Shown here: piece by piece, positions 1-9,264 of the stretch
Numbering within the stretch: the stretch's first letter is position 1
Layout of the letters: each line of letters starts with the position of its first letter
NCBI GenBank assembly: GCA_964629335.1
Contig: CAZVRH010000003.1
Coordinates: forward strand, 6,212 to 70,211
Length of the DNA stretch: 64,000 nucleotides
Source: an uncultured Woeseia sp.
Lineage (GTDB): Bacteria > Pseudomonadota > Gammaproteobacteria > Steroidobacterales > UBA11654
Direction: 5' to 3'
Notes under the pieces: generated by a model
Told to the model about the DNA's origin: nothing
Databases searched by the model: none
The model's input: the letters and a program-made list of their open reading frames with translations, nothing else
Program-made: the position numbers and the translations under genes

Positions 1-368
1 CTTTAAAAGCTTCTAGAGGAGCTTTTTGTGCAATATCAGAAGATAAAATGGTGAATTACAGTTCTGAAGTTTTCAAAGCTTTCTTTAGTGACCTAAAAGA
101 TATTTCAAACAATGAGATACTCATAAATATTGCGAAGAAATTGGACATGGATATCAAGGCATTTAAAGAAACCATAGAGAGTGATCTCCATGATAGAACA
201 ATTCAGTCTAACTGTGATCAACTCATCAATAAAGGGGGCTATGGCAGCCCCACTATGATCGTAGACAATCAACTTTTTTTTGGGAATGATAGAATGAATT
301 TGGTTGAATTTGCCATCGGGCAAGCCAGTGGTAAAATACTGGTGCTGCCTGGCCAGCATAACGCTTAG
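1..368 (+). CDS. DsbA-family thioredoxin-fold protein, 2-hydroxychromene-2-carboxylate isomerase-like (5' end lies outside the window)
   Basis: The frame containing the listed 48..368 ORF is open from the window edge (LKASRGAFCAISEDK precedes the first Met), so this is only the tail of the gene. The C-terminal GGYGSPTMIVDNQLFFGNDRMNLVEF is typical of HCCA-isomerase/DsbA-like proteins. Confidence 0.55.
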   Translation, partial: LKASRGAFCAISEDKMVNYSSEVFKAFFSDLKDISNNEILINIAKKLDMDIKAFKETIESDLHDRTIQSNCDQLINKGGYGSPTMIVDNQLFFGNDRMNLVEFAIGQASGKILVLPGQHNA

Positions 369-393
369 AAAATCTTTATGGTACATTAACTGT

Positions 394-3159
394 ATGGAAA
401 GTAGCTTCAAGACTGACAGAAGGAAATTTATCATTGGAACTGCTACAGCCACCTCTGTAGCTCTTAATTATTCATCATCAATAATTGCTCAATCGAGTGC
501 AAATTATAGAGCTTGGGAAGATATAGCAAGAAAAAAATGGACATGGGACAGTGTTACCCATTCAACTCATGGAACTAATTGCACTGGTCAATGTGCTTTC
601 AATGTTTATGTCAAAAATGGTGTTGTTTGGAGAGAGGAACAACAAGGCGAATATGGTGCTTCCGGTGACGCCCCTGATTATGGGCCTAGGGGCTGCCAAA
701 AAGGATTGAGCCACTCTAGATACATGTACGGTAAGCAACGAATCTTATACCCATTGAAACGAGTTGGTGAACGAGGAGAGGGAAAATGGGAAAGAATTTC
801 ATGGGACCAAGCTATGCTGGAAATCGCTGACAGATTTCTTGATTATAATGTTGAACACGGTCCTGAATCTATTACCTGTGGGTTGGGCACTCAAATGGTT
901 ATGAAAAGAGCTTCTTATGCCAGTTTGCTTCGATTCGCTAATATTAGCGGGGTCCAAATGCCAGAAGCCTTTGCGGGCGTTGGTGACCTCTTCTCAGGCG
1001 CACAAATTACCTATGGTCATGTCACTCTGGGTAATACAATGGCAGAAATATATAAGTCAAAGTGTTGTCTCATTTGGTTTTGTAATCCTGCGGTTACCCG
1101 AATTCCAGATGCCCACTTTTTTTGGGAAGCTAAATACAATGGGACCGAAGTTATTTCTATATCTCCAGACTTCAATGCAACAGCCATGCACGCCAGCAAA
1201 TGGTTAAATCCAAAACCAGGCAGTGATATTGCCTTAGCAATGGCCATGGTTCGAACTATATTGAAGGATAAAACCTATGATGAGGCCTATATAAAGGAAC
1301 AATCTGATCTTCCTTTTCTGGTTAGAAAGGACAACTATAAGTATATTAGAGAAATAGATTTGGTTAATGAGCCTAACGCTAGGAATAACCTCTTCTATAT
1401 TTGGGATCAAACAACTGATAGCCTGAAAACTGCACCTGGAACTGGCACTCCGCCTCCTCCTCCGCCTGGCACTCCCGAGCATCTTGTGCCTCCGATGCCT
1501 TCAATAGAGCTTGGCGAAATTGATCCTGCGCTTGAAGGAGAATGGATTGTTGAGACTATAGATGGACCAGTGACAGTAACAACGGTTTTTGAGTTAACCA
1601 AAAAAAGAGCTTCCGAACACACGCCTGAAATGGCTGAGAAGATAACTGGCATCAATGCAGAAATTATCAAAGAAGTTGCACGGATATTTGCTGAGGCTAA
1701 GCCAAGCATGATTTATGCAGGATACCGTGCTTCAAAGTATCTGCATGGTGATTTACTTCAAAGAGCCTTGTTTTTATTGTTGTGCCTGACTGGTAATACA
1801 GGCAAAGAAGGTGGTGGATTGACAATCACAAATCTAGCTAAAGACGATGCCGTGTTTCCTTTTGCCATGAGAAATCCTGTTGCTGCTTTCAGAGTGGCCA
1901 CCTTGTCTCGATGGGATTACGTCCATGGCAATATGAAAGAACTCAATAGAGACGTATACGGAGAAGAACTTGCTGAAGAATACGACAAATACTTTCAGGA
2001 GTCTGTCGAAAAAGGTTGGTTCCCAGATTACTCTAAAGTTCCTTGGAAAATGGGGATGTTCTCTGGTACAAACGCAGCAAGTTGGCGATCGTCAGGTCAG
2101 CATTGGAGAGAAAATGCATTTGGAAAACTCGATACTATTGTTACGTTTGCAACAGACATGGGAACAACGGCAATGTATTCTGATTATGTCTTACCTATTG
2201 CTCACCATTATGAAAGACATGATTTTCATCTTGAACCACGAACACCATTTATGCAGGTTATAGATAAAGCTGTAGAACCGCTGGGTGAGTCAGTCGATGA
2301 TTGGACGGCTTATGAAAGACTAGCAAAAGCAATTTCGATAAGAGCTCAAGAAAGAAATATTCAACCAATTGATGACAATGTTATTGGCGTTCCATTTAAA
2401 CGAGATTTTAAAAAGTTCCATGATGACTATACAAATGACGGATCTATTCAATCGGTCAGGGATGTGATTAAGTTTCTCCTCGATAATTCAAGCGGTATCC
2501 AAAAAACAACTTATGATGAACTTGCAGAAAAAGGTTTTTTGAGGAATAAAGGGTCTGAAACCACTGTGCATTCAAAAGAGTCCCCTTACTATTCTGAAAT
2601 TTGGGATAACGTCAACAATAAAATTGGCTATAAAACATTAACTCACAGACAACAGTTTTATATTGATCATGACTGGTTCTTTGAATTCGATGAGGTGTTG
2701 CCTCGACACAAAGACCCTCTAGTGAATGAAGGTTACCCAATGAAGATGTTAATGGGTCATGCCCGACATGGTATTCACAGCATGTGGAGAGACGATAGTT
2801 TTCTTCTTAGTCTTCAACGAGGTGAGCCTGATGTCTATGTGAACCCAGATGATGCAAGTAAAAAAGGTGTCGATGACGGTGATTTAATTAAAGTGTTTAG
2901 TAAAGCAGGCTCATTTATAGCACAAGCACATGTGACCTCTGCCATGGGGCCCAATATGATGTATATGTATCATGGTTGGGACCCTATGATGTTTAGAAAC
3001 AGACAGAATTTTGGCGCTGTGGTTCAGACTGGTGGCTTAATTAAGCCCACATCACTTGCTGGAGATTATGAGCATCTGGGATGGAAGCCATTTGCGTATG
3101 AACCAAATCATACCTTCCATGATTACACCTGTGACTTCGAGAGATATATAGAGAGCTAA
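394..3159 (+). CDS. Tat-exported molybdopterin (Mo-bisPGD) oxidoreductase catalytic subunit, NarG-like type II DMSO-reductase family
   Basis: Internal Met at 394 begins MESSFKTDRRKFIIGTATAT (twin-arginine signal); the 304 start would overlap the upstream gene. HSTHGTNCTGQCAFNVYVKNG...RGCQKG matches the H-x3-C-x3-C...C FS0 cluster motif of NarG/EbdA/DdhA-type enzymes. GVGDLFSG aligns by eye with the NarG Asp Mo-ligand region. About 920 aa. Confidence 0.8.
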   Translation: MESSFKTDRRKFIIGTATATSVALNYSSSIIAQSSANYRAWEDIARKKWTWDSVTHSTHGTNCTGQCAFNVYVKNGVVWREEQQGEYGASGDAPDYGPRGCQKGLSHSRYMYGKQRILYPLKRVGERGEGKWERISWDQAMLEIADRFLDYNVEHGPESITCGLGTQMVMKRASYASLLRFANISGVQMPEAFAGVGDLFSGAQITYGHVTLGNTMAEIYKSKCCLIWFCNPAVTRIPDAHFFWEAKYNGTEVISISPDFNATAMHASKWLNPKPGSDIALAMAMVRTILKDKTYDEAYIKEQSDLPFLVRKDNYKYIREIDLVNEPNARNNLFYIWDQTTDSLKTAPGTGTPPPPPPGTPEHLVPPMPSIELGEIDPALEGEWIVETIDGPVTVTTVFELTKKRASEHTPEMAEKITGINAEIIKEVARIFAEAKPSMIYAGYRASKYLHGDLLQRALFLLLCLTGNTGKEGGGLTITNLAKDDAVFPFAMRNPVAAFRVATLSRWDYVHGNMKELNRDVYGEELAEEYDKYFQESVEKGWFPDYSKVPWKMGMFSGTNAASWRSSGQHWRENAFGKLDTIVTFATDMGTTAMYSDYVLPIAHHYERHDFHLEPRTPFMQVIDKAVEPLGESVDDWTAYERLAKAISIRAQERNIQPIDDNVIGVPFKRDFKKFHDDYTNDGSIQSVRDVIKFLLDNSSGIQKTTYDELAEKGFLRNKGSETTVHSKESPYYSEIWDNVNNKIGYKTLTHRQQFYIDHDWFFEFDEVLPRHKDPLVNEGYPMKMLMGHARHGIHSMWRDDSFLLSLQRGEPDVYVNPDDASKKGVDDGDLIKVFSKAGSFIAQAHVTSAMGPNMMYMYHGWDPMMFRNRQNFGAVVQTGGLIKPTSLAGDYEHLGWKPFAYEPNHTFHDYTCDFERYIES

Positions 3160-3162
3160 AGT

Positions 3163-4431
3163 CTAGAATACATCCTCTCTAGGTACCGGCTTTAAAAAGA
3201 GAAAAATAATTGCTGCCAAGATAATGGGGATAATCCCAACATAGGTATACCCCATATTCCAACCATACCAACCTGCAGCATAGGTAATAGCAAGTGGGCC
3301 TAGCCCAAACCCTAGATTAATTGCTAAGGTCCCTGAAAAACTGGCTGCTGTAGCTCTAAGCTCAGCTGGAAAATTCTCTGCAATAAAAGTCGCCATCACA
3401 GCGTAAGCCCCATAAAAGAATAAAGTCATAAGACCATAGACAAACAAAACCTGACTCCAACCTTCTGCCCACCAGATAAGCAGAATAAAAGCCAAGCTCC
3501 CAAGCAAAGCCCAAAGAATAATTGTATTACGCCGAGTAATAAAAAATTCTCCAACAATAGCTGCAGCAATATAACCAAAGGCTCCTATGCCGTATGAATA
3601 TCCAACGATTTTAATTGCATCGACTATGTCCCAACCTCTTTCATTAGTGAAATAAAGCACTAGCATCAAGGTGCTGCCGTAGGCAAAAGCATAGAGGAAT
3701 TGTCCAGAGAAAAGCAGAAGGCTTTTTCTTCTCCACTCTTTTTGAAACAGAACCATGGTGCTGGGTTGTGGCTGATCATCACTCTTTCTTGCTTGTGATT
3801 CAAGCCAAGCTTTTGATTCAGGTAAATACTTATGAATAATCCAACCATAAGGCAAGAATAGAAAAGCCAATAAGAAGGTGTATCTCCAATTAATGCCCAA
3901 ATCATCAATCATGAATGCAATAAGGTAAGATGCAAAAAACCACCCCAGAGGGAAACCTATTTGTAATATGCCTGTAAACAATCCTCTAAATCTTGGTGGG
4001 GAAGATTCTGTAACGGTTGTTAATGTAATTGGTGATTGGGCTCCTGCTGCTGCAAAACCGAGTGTCCTGGCTATCAAAACAGCTATAGTATTAGGTGCAA
4101 TTGCTAAATAAGCGACAAAAATGGGCGTTAGAATTGTTGATAACAACAAAGATTTCTTTCTACCAATTCTGTCGGTCAACACCCCTACTTGGGTACATAT
4201 AATTCCTGAAATAAAAAAAGTGATGGCTACATACCAACCCACATCAGTGAGAGCCCAACCAAATTCATTCTGGAATTTCTCACTAACAAGAATAAAAATT
4301 GAATGGTCTAAGTTTGCGAATGTTACACCTATCAAGCAAATAAAAAATATCTTGTATGAGCTTGTGGGTATTTGCTTAAAAGACAAGATTTGCTGATCTT
4401 GAGATGTGTGCTCTGACTCAGATTGATTCAT
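3163..4431 (-). CDS. MFS transporter
   Basis: 422 aa and about 12 hydrophobic segments. Carries the MFS loop motif GVLTDRIGRKK. Convergent with the Mo-enzyme gene, with a 3-nt gap. Confidence 0.8.
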   Translation of the reverse strand: MNQSESEHTSQDQQILSFKQIPTSSYKIFFICLIGVTFANLDHSIFILVSEKFQNEFGWALTDVGWYVAITFFISGIICTQVGVLTDRIGRKKSLLLSTILTPIFVAYLAIAPNTIAVLIARTLGFAAAGAQSPITLTTVTESSPPRFRGLFTGILQIGFPLGWFFASYLIAFMIDDLGINWRYTFLLAFLFLPYGWIIHKYLPESKAWLESQARKSDDQPQPSTMVLFQKEWRRKSLLLFSGQFLYAFAYGSTLMLVLYFTNERGWDIVDAIKIVGYSYGIGAFGYIAAAIVGEFFITRRNTIILWALLGSLAFILLIWWAEGWSQVLFVYGLMTLFFYGAYAVMATFIAENFPAELRATAASFSGTLAINLGFGLGPLAITYAAGWYGWNMGYTYVGIIPIILAAIIFLFLKPVPREDVF

Positions 4432-4550
4432 AAAAACCTCATTAAGATTTGTACATTGATTAGGGACTGTAATATTGTTAATACATAATAAGCAATAAAT
4501 AATAACAAGTTAAAAGGATTATTTTTTAGTTTTCAGCTAGGAGAATATTT

Positions 4551-5693
4551 ATGACACTTCAGTACACAGCTGTCGGAATTCAAAACGAATCACACATGGC
4601 GACCAGTATAGATGATTACTGGAAAGACCTTGAACGCCTACAAACCAGTATTGGTTATTCTGTGTGGAACTGTAGTTTAGATCTCCCTGTCCGATTAGTA
4701 ACCATTTCTGAGGGCGGAATAGGAGGATGGTGTTTGGGTGGTGGTGATGAACATATAAGAATAGCCAGGGAAGTGGTTCCTGAAATACCGGGCAAAGAAA
4801 CTGAATTTCTTGGAACACTTTGTAAGGAATTCAATATTTACTTGATAGCCCAAATGGTGGCAAAAGCACCGGAGATAATGAAAGACAGAATTTTTAATAT
4901 CGCCTTTATCATTGATCCAAGTGGAGAGGTTATCCATCAGCACATCAAAACCTCTTTTTATCAAAGAGAGACGAACACAGCGCCAAGTGATATTTGGAAC
5001 CTGTATTTAAAAAAATATGGAGACGATCCAGAAAAATTGCTTGATGTTCTCTACCCGGTTGCCAAAACTGAAATTGGTAATATTGGTACTCTAATATGTG
5101 CTGAAGGTAGTTATCCTGAAGCTGCCAGAGGTCTTGCCTTAAATGGTGCTGAGATTATTTACAGATCTCAGTACCCAGAACCCTGGATGGGTAATAAGAT
5201 GAACCAAATCCAGAACCAGTCTCATGCAATATTTAATACCTGTTATGTCGTAGCTCCAAATATTGGAGGAATATACATGCCTGGGATGGATGACTTTAAG
5301 ATGAGCAATGGGCGAAGCCAAATTATAGATTATCGTGGACAAATCATTTCTGAATACCTTGGTGGCGGAGAGGCTCTTGTAAGTGGAATAATCAATATCG
5401 ATGGTTTGAGAGATTTTCGCGTTCGTGGACAATGGCAAAATTTAGCTAAGGACATGAGAGTTGAAGAATATAAAATCATCTATGATGCAATGATGGCAAA
5501 GGGTGGCATATACCCTAGAAATTTATGTATGGAGGAACCCCCATTCACAGAAGAAGATCAGCTTGAACTGGTCAAGCATCAAGTCAATAAGATGATCGAG
5601 ATGGGTGTTTATACGCCCCCTGATGGCTGGAAACCCTATGAGGTTAGTGAGTCAGTTCAAAGCCGAATCGATAAAGCAAAAGATGTCAGCTAG
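4551..5693 (+). CDS. Carbon-nitrogen hydrolase (nitrilase superfamily), aliphatic-amidase-like, catalytic triad intact
   Basis: AGGAGA RBS before the ATG. Glu (VTISEGG), Lys (HQHIKTS) and Cys (LICAEGSYPE, TGT at 5097-5099) are all present, and the CxEGxYPE context resembles the AmiE/AmiF CDDGNYPE motif. Confidence 0.75.
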   Translation: MTLQYTAVGIQNESHMATSIDDYWKDLERLQTSIGYSVWNCSLDLPVRLVTISEGGIGGWCLGGGDEHIRIAREVVPEIPGKETEFLGTLCKEFNIYLIAQMVAKAPEIMKDRIFNIAFIIDPSGEVIHQHIKTSFYQRETNTAPSDIWNLYLKKYGDDPEKLLDVLYPVAKTEIGNIGTLICAEGSYPEAARGLALNGAEIIYRSQYPEPWMGNKMNQIQNQSHAIFNTCYVVAPNIGGIYMPGMDDFKMSNGRSQIIDYRGQIISEYLGGGEALVSGIINIDGLRDFRVRGQWQNLAKDMRVEEYKIIYDAMMAKGGIYPRNLCMEEPPFTEEDQLELVKHQVNKMIEMGVYTPPDGWKPYEVSESVQSRIDKAKDVS

Positions 5694-5744
5694 TCCACTA
5701 ATTTAGGTCATCTAATTTGGTATTTTTTTGAAGACATATAACCT

Positions 5745-7631
5745 ATGACTAAAAAGTTAAACATTACACGTCGTGATTTCATGAACGGTTTTGCTATGAG
5801 TTTGTCAGCAGGCACAGCATTGTCTCCTTTCGAGCTATTCTCGATGAATTATCAATCAGGAACTTCTGATTTATATCCCCCTGAGCTCATTGGGATGCGT
5901 GGTAGCCATCCTGGTTCATTTGAAGTTTCACATGCCTTAGCTAGATCTGGTGCACGCTGGTCAGAGCCAAGTGATCAAACCGATCGTGATTATGATCTTG
6001 TTGTTGTGGGCGGTGGTATTTCAGGATTATCAGCGGCTTATTTCTATCAGCAACGTCTCGGCAGAGATTCTAGAATTTTAATTCTAGACAATCACGATGA
6101 TTTTGGCGGTCATGCAAAACGTAATGAGTTTACTGTCGATGGAGAGCAACTTATTTGCTATGGCGGCAGTCAGTCTATTGCTGAACCTGCAAGCTGGTCT
6201 CCAGTGGGAAAGAAGTTACTCAAAGATGTAGGGATTCACACCGAGCGTTTTTATGACTATTTTGATCAAAATTATTTCAACAATCGAAAGCTGTCCCGGG
6301 GTCTGTATTTCAGTGATGAGCAATACGGCAAAAATTATATTTCAGATAATATCTTGACAGCTGGAACAAAAGAAAACGAACAGAAGATTATCGACAGTAT
6401 TAATGCCTATCCTATTGCAGAAACTTCAAAAGCTGCTCTATTTAAATTATTGAATGAATCGGAGGATTATCTTCTAGGGATGGGGTCTCAAGAGGATAAA
6501 ATCAATCTATTAAGAGAAACAAGCTACAGTGATTTTTTAAGAAGATATGCTGATGTTCCTGAAGAGGTTGTATTACTCTACAGAGATATGTCTCGAGGTT
6601 TATGGGGTATTGGATGGGATGCATTATCTGCTCTGGATGCTTATAAATCAGAAATGCCGGGTACACGTCATTTGAATCTTGGACTAATTAATGAAAGTTA
6701 TGAGAGAGAGGAACCTTATATTTTTCATTTCCCAGATGGCAACGCTGGTGTTGCACGTTCAATTGTCCGTGGATTGATACCCAGTGCGATCCCAGGTAAC
6801 AGCATGGAAGATCTAGTAAAAGCAAGAGTGGATTATGCTGGCCTGGATTTAGATTCATCAGCGGTCAGGATCCGATTAAACTCGACGGCTGTTAAAGTAC
6901 AACATACGTCAAGTGAAAAGGCGGTGGATGTTACTTATATCAAAAACGGGGCACCTTACCGAGTGAGAGGCGCTCATGTGATTATGGCGTGTTACAACAA
7001 TATCATTCCTAATATTTGCCCTGAATTACCAGATGCCCAGAAGGAAGCTATCGCCTATGCTACAAAAATGCCGCTGGTATATCTCAGTATTGCAGTTAGG
7101 AATTGGAACGCATTCTCGAACCTTGGATATCGAAGTTTCTATATCCCACAACCCAGTTTAATGCATTCTTTTGGTCTGGATTTTCCAGTCAGTATGGGGG
7201 GTTATGATTTCACTCAAAATCCAAATAAACCGACTGTTATTCATGGCACCCATGTACCTCTAGAACCCGATAAAGGTTTGAACGCACGCCAACAATGTAT
7301 AGCGGGAAGAACAAGATTATACGAAATGAGTTTTGATTTTTTTGAAGAGAGAATTATTAATCAGATGAATGGAGCTCTGCGAAAAGGAGGGTTTGATGCC
7401 GAGAGAGATATAGCAGCGATTACAGTTAATCGATGGCCTCACGGCTATGCCTATGAATATCTTGATTATTCTGATCCTGCAGAATTTAGCCCAAGCAATG
7501 GCCCCCATATTGCAGGACGAAAACAAATTGGACGGATTTCCATAGCCAATTCAGATGCTGAGGCCTACGCTTATCTTACTGGTGCTATAGAAGCAGCTGA
7601 TCGAGCAGTTAATGAACAGCTGGTGTTATAA
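5745..7631 (+). CDS. Tat-exported FAD-dependent amine oxidoreductase, spermidine-dehydrogenase-like
   Basis: The N-terminus MTKKLNITRRDFMNGFAMSLSAGTA is a Tat signal. DLVVVGGGISGLSAAYF is a dinucleotide-binding GxGxxG fold. Size (628 aa) and overall architecture recall SpdH-type enzymes, from memory only. Confidence 0.6.
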   Translation: MTKKLNITRRDFMNGFAMSLSAGTALSPFELFSMNYQSGTSDLYPPELIGMRGSHPGSFEVSHALARSGARWSEPSDQTDRDYDLVVVGGGISGLSAAYFYQQRLGRDSRILILDNHDDFGGHAKRNEFTVDGEQLICYGGSQSIAEPASWSPVGKKLLKDVGIHTERFYDYFDQNYFNNRKLSRGLYFSDEQYGKNYISDNILTAGTKENEQKIIDSINAYPIAETSKAALFKLLNESEDYLLGMGSQEDKINLLRETSYSDFLRRYADVPEEVVLLYRDMSRGLWGIGWDALSALDAYKSEMPGTRHLNLGLINESYEREEPYIFHFPDGNAGVARSIVRGLIPSAIPGNSMEDLVKARVDYAGLDLDSSAVRIRLNSTAVKVQHTSSEKAVDVTYIKNGAPYRVRGAHVIMACYNNIIPNICPELPDAQKEAIAYATKMPLVYLSIAVRNWNAFSNLGYRSFYIPQPSLMHSFGLDFPVSMGGYDFTQNPNKPTVIHGTHVPLEPDKGLNARQQCIAGRTRLYEMSFDFFEERIINQMNGALRKGGFDAERDIAAITVNRWPHGYAYEYLDYSDPAEFSPSNGPHIAGRKQIGRISIANSDAEAYAYLTGAIEAADRAVNEQLVL

Positions 7632-7651
7632 AACCAAGTTATAATCATTTC

Positions 7652-8092
7652 ATGTTTTGGAAATTACTAAACCCAGTTACGATTGCAATATTGAATTCAT
7701 TCTTACATGGGTTAATAAGTGCGAATGTGCTTGTCTTATATTTCAAGGGGGTTAAAACGGGTAAAGACTATGCTATTCCAGTTAGTTATCTTGAAGACCC
7801 TGAAGGCAGTCTTAGTTGTGTAACAGACCGTCCATTTATTTGGTGGAGAAACTTGATTAATTTGGAATCAATAAATGTCTTATATCAAGGAAAGATGATT
7901 GAAGCTCAGATTAATGCTGAGTATGAGGATAATCAATTAATTGCTGATCGCTTGGAGGCTTTATGCGCTCATAGTCGAATCGATGGTTTTTTTGCAGAAG
8001 TGGGTTACAAAAATGGTAAGCCAATAAGAGAGCATGTAGAAAAATCTGCATCAAATATGGTGCTGATTCAACTAAGGATCGACAAATCTTAA
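7652..8092 (+). CDS. Small PNPOx-like split-barrel protein (DUF385 / deazaflavin-dependent nitroreductase-like)
   Basis: 146 aa. The pattern ...LYFKGVKTGKDYAIPVSY...WWRNL... resembles the DUF385 family signature (TGRKSG..xxxPVxY, WWRNL). The assignment is weak. Confidence 0.4.
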   Translation: MFWKLLNPVTIAILNSFLHGLISANVLVLYFKGVKTGKDYAIPVSYLEDPEGSLSCVTDRPFIWWRNLINLESINVLYQGKMIEAQINAEYEDNQLIADRLEALCAHSRIDGFFAEVGYKNGKPIREHVEKSASNMVLIQLRIDKS

Positions 8093-8138
8093 ATGGATTT
8101 AGGCTCTAGGAGATAACCCTCGTCATTATCTTCCCATG

Positions 8139-8163
8139 CTCAAGAGATAGAATTCTCTTTGAG
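8139..8163. terminator. Imperfect hairpin between convergent genes (possible bidirectional terminator)
   Basis: CTCAAGAGA-tagaat-TCTCTTTGAG forms a 9-bp stem with a one-T bulge, located between the 7652..8092 (+) and 8186..9244 (-) genes. Confidence 0.3.
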
Positions 8164-8185
8164 GTTTATAATTTGATGACAGCAT

Positions 8186-9244
8186 CTATTTCTTGGATTT
8201 TGCAGTGTAGATTCCTTTATCCATCAATTTTTTTATGGTCTTTTTAAATATTTTTCCTGCGTCGTCATGGTTCATTGGAGGAAGATTTTTTGGCCAAATC
8301 TCCTCTGCGTACATCTTGCTAAATATTTCTGTTTTAAGATAAGGGATCCAGTTTTGGAAACGAGCATTTTCTCTGTAATGTCGAAGTGCATCTATATTTA
8401 TTTCGGAAGCAACGTAGCTATCTCCAACTATGTTATTTGATGCCAATATTGTGCCCTTATAATCAACAATTGACGAACGACCTCCAAGCGCCCCATCAAT
8501 TATTGTAGGATCTTCGCCATCAACACTCGGCATAATCAACGAACCGGAATTAGGTGCAATCATATAACAAGTATTATCAATAGCTCTTGATCTATTTTGT
8601 ACTTCAAATATTTCCCTGGAGACCCACGGTTCTGGCAATGATGCTCTATAAAGAATTTCTGCACCGTTGAGAGCAAATGCTCTGAATGATTCTGGGAAAG
8701 AGCCTTCCACACCTACAGTCCCTGCGATATTACCAATATTGGTTTTGGCCACTGGAAAAAAAGCTTCAAGGTTATCTCCATGCTGTTCTATCCACTGATC
8801 ATAGACATCATGAGGTGTGGTTGAATGCTCTACAAAAACCACAATGTTTTTGTGGTGTTTATAAATAACGTCTCCATTATCGTCGATGATAAAAACAGTA
8901 TTAAAAAAACGATCAGGATATTTTGGAAGTTTCTCTTTGAGTTGGCCGATAATAAATGTCTTCTTGTTTTTTGCGTACTCGCCTAAAAAATCTGTTTCAA
9001 ATCCAGGGATCTCTGCGGCCATTGACTTAGCATAAACGGATTGATCCATATCCAATATTTCATCAACAAATCCTTGAATTGCTCCTTCGCCTAAAGCGAT
9101 GAGTTTCACTGGCAGCTCCAGGGAACACATGTGGGTGACCATATCAATCATGTTGCCTATGTGATTGAGGTTTCTTTTAACTTCCTCTCGTGAGGTGACA
9201 TGCTTAATTTTTGTCTGCAGTCCTACTGCCAAATACGGGTCCAT
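8186..9244 (-). CDS. C-N hydrolase paralogue of 4551..5693 lacking the catalytic cysteine (candidate pseudoenzyme)
   Basis: Colinear with the 4551 protein (VAKTNIGNIAGTVGVEGSFPE versus VAKTEIGNIGTLICAEGSYPE). Glu and Lys are retained, but the Cys position is Gly (GGT, complement of 8711-8713). An AGGAGAG RBS lies 20 nt after the UbiD stop. Confidence 0.7.
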   Translation of the reverse strand: MDPYLAVGLQTKIKHVTSREEVKRNLNHIGNMIDMVTHMCSLELPVKLIALGEGAIQGFVDEILDMDQSVYAKSMAAEIPGFETDFLGEYAKNKKTFIIGQLKEKLPKYPDRFFNTVFIIDDNGDVIYKHHKNIVVFVEHSTTPHDVYDQWIEQHGDNLEAFFPVAKTNIGNIAGTVGVEGSFPESFRAFALNGAEILYRASLPEPWVSREIFEVQNRSRAIDNTCYMIAPNSGSLIMPSVDGEDPTIIDGALGGRSSIVDYKGTILASNNIVGDSYVASEINIDALRHYRENARFQNWIPYLKTEIFSKMYAEEIWPKNLPPMNHDDAGKIFKKTIKKLMDKGIYTAKSKK

Positions 9245-9264
9245 TGTTTGTCCGCTCTCCTGTG

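Noticed and set aside
304-393. N-terminal 30-codon extension of the Mo-enzyme ORF.
   Set aside because: It overlaps the upstream gene and precedes the Tat signal. The Met at 394 gives a canonical twin-arginine leader.
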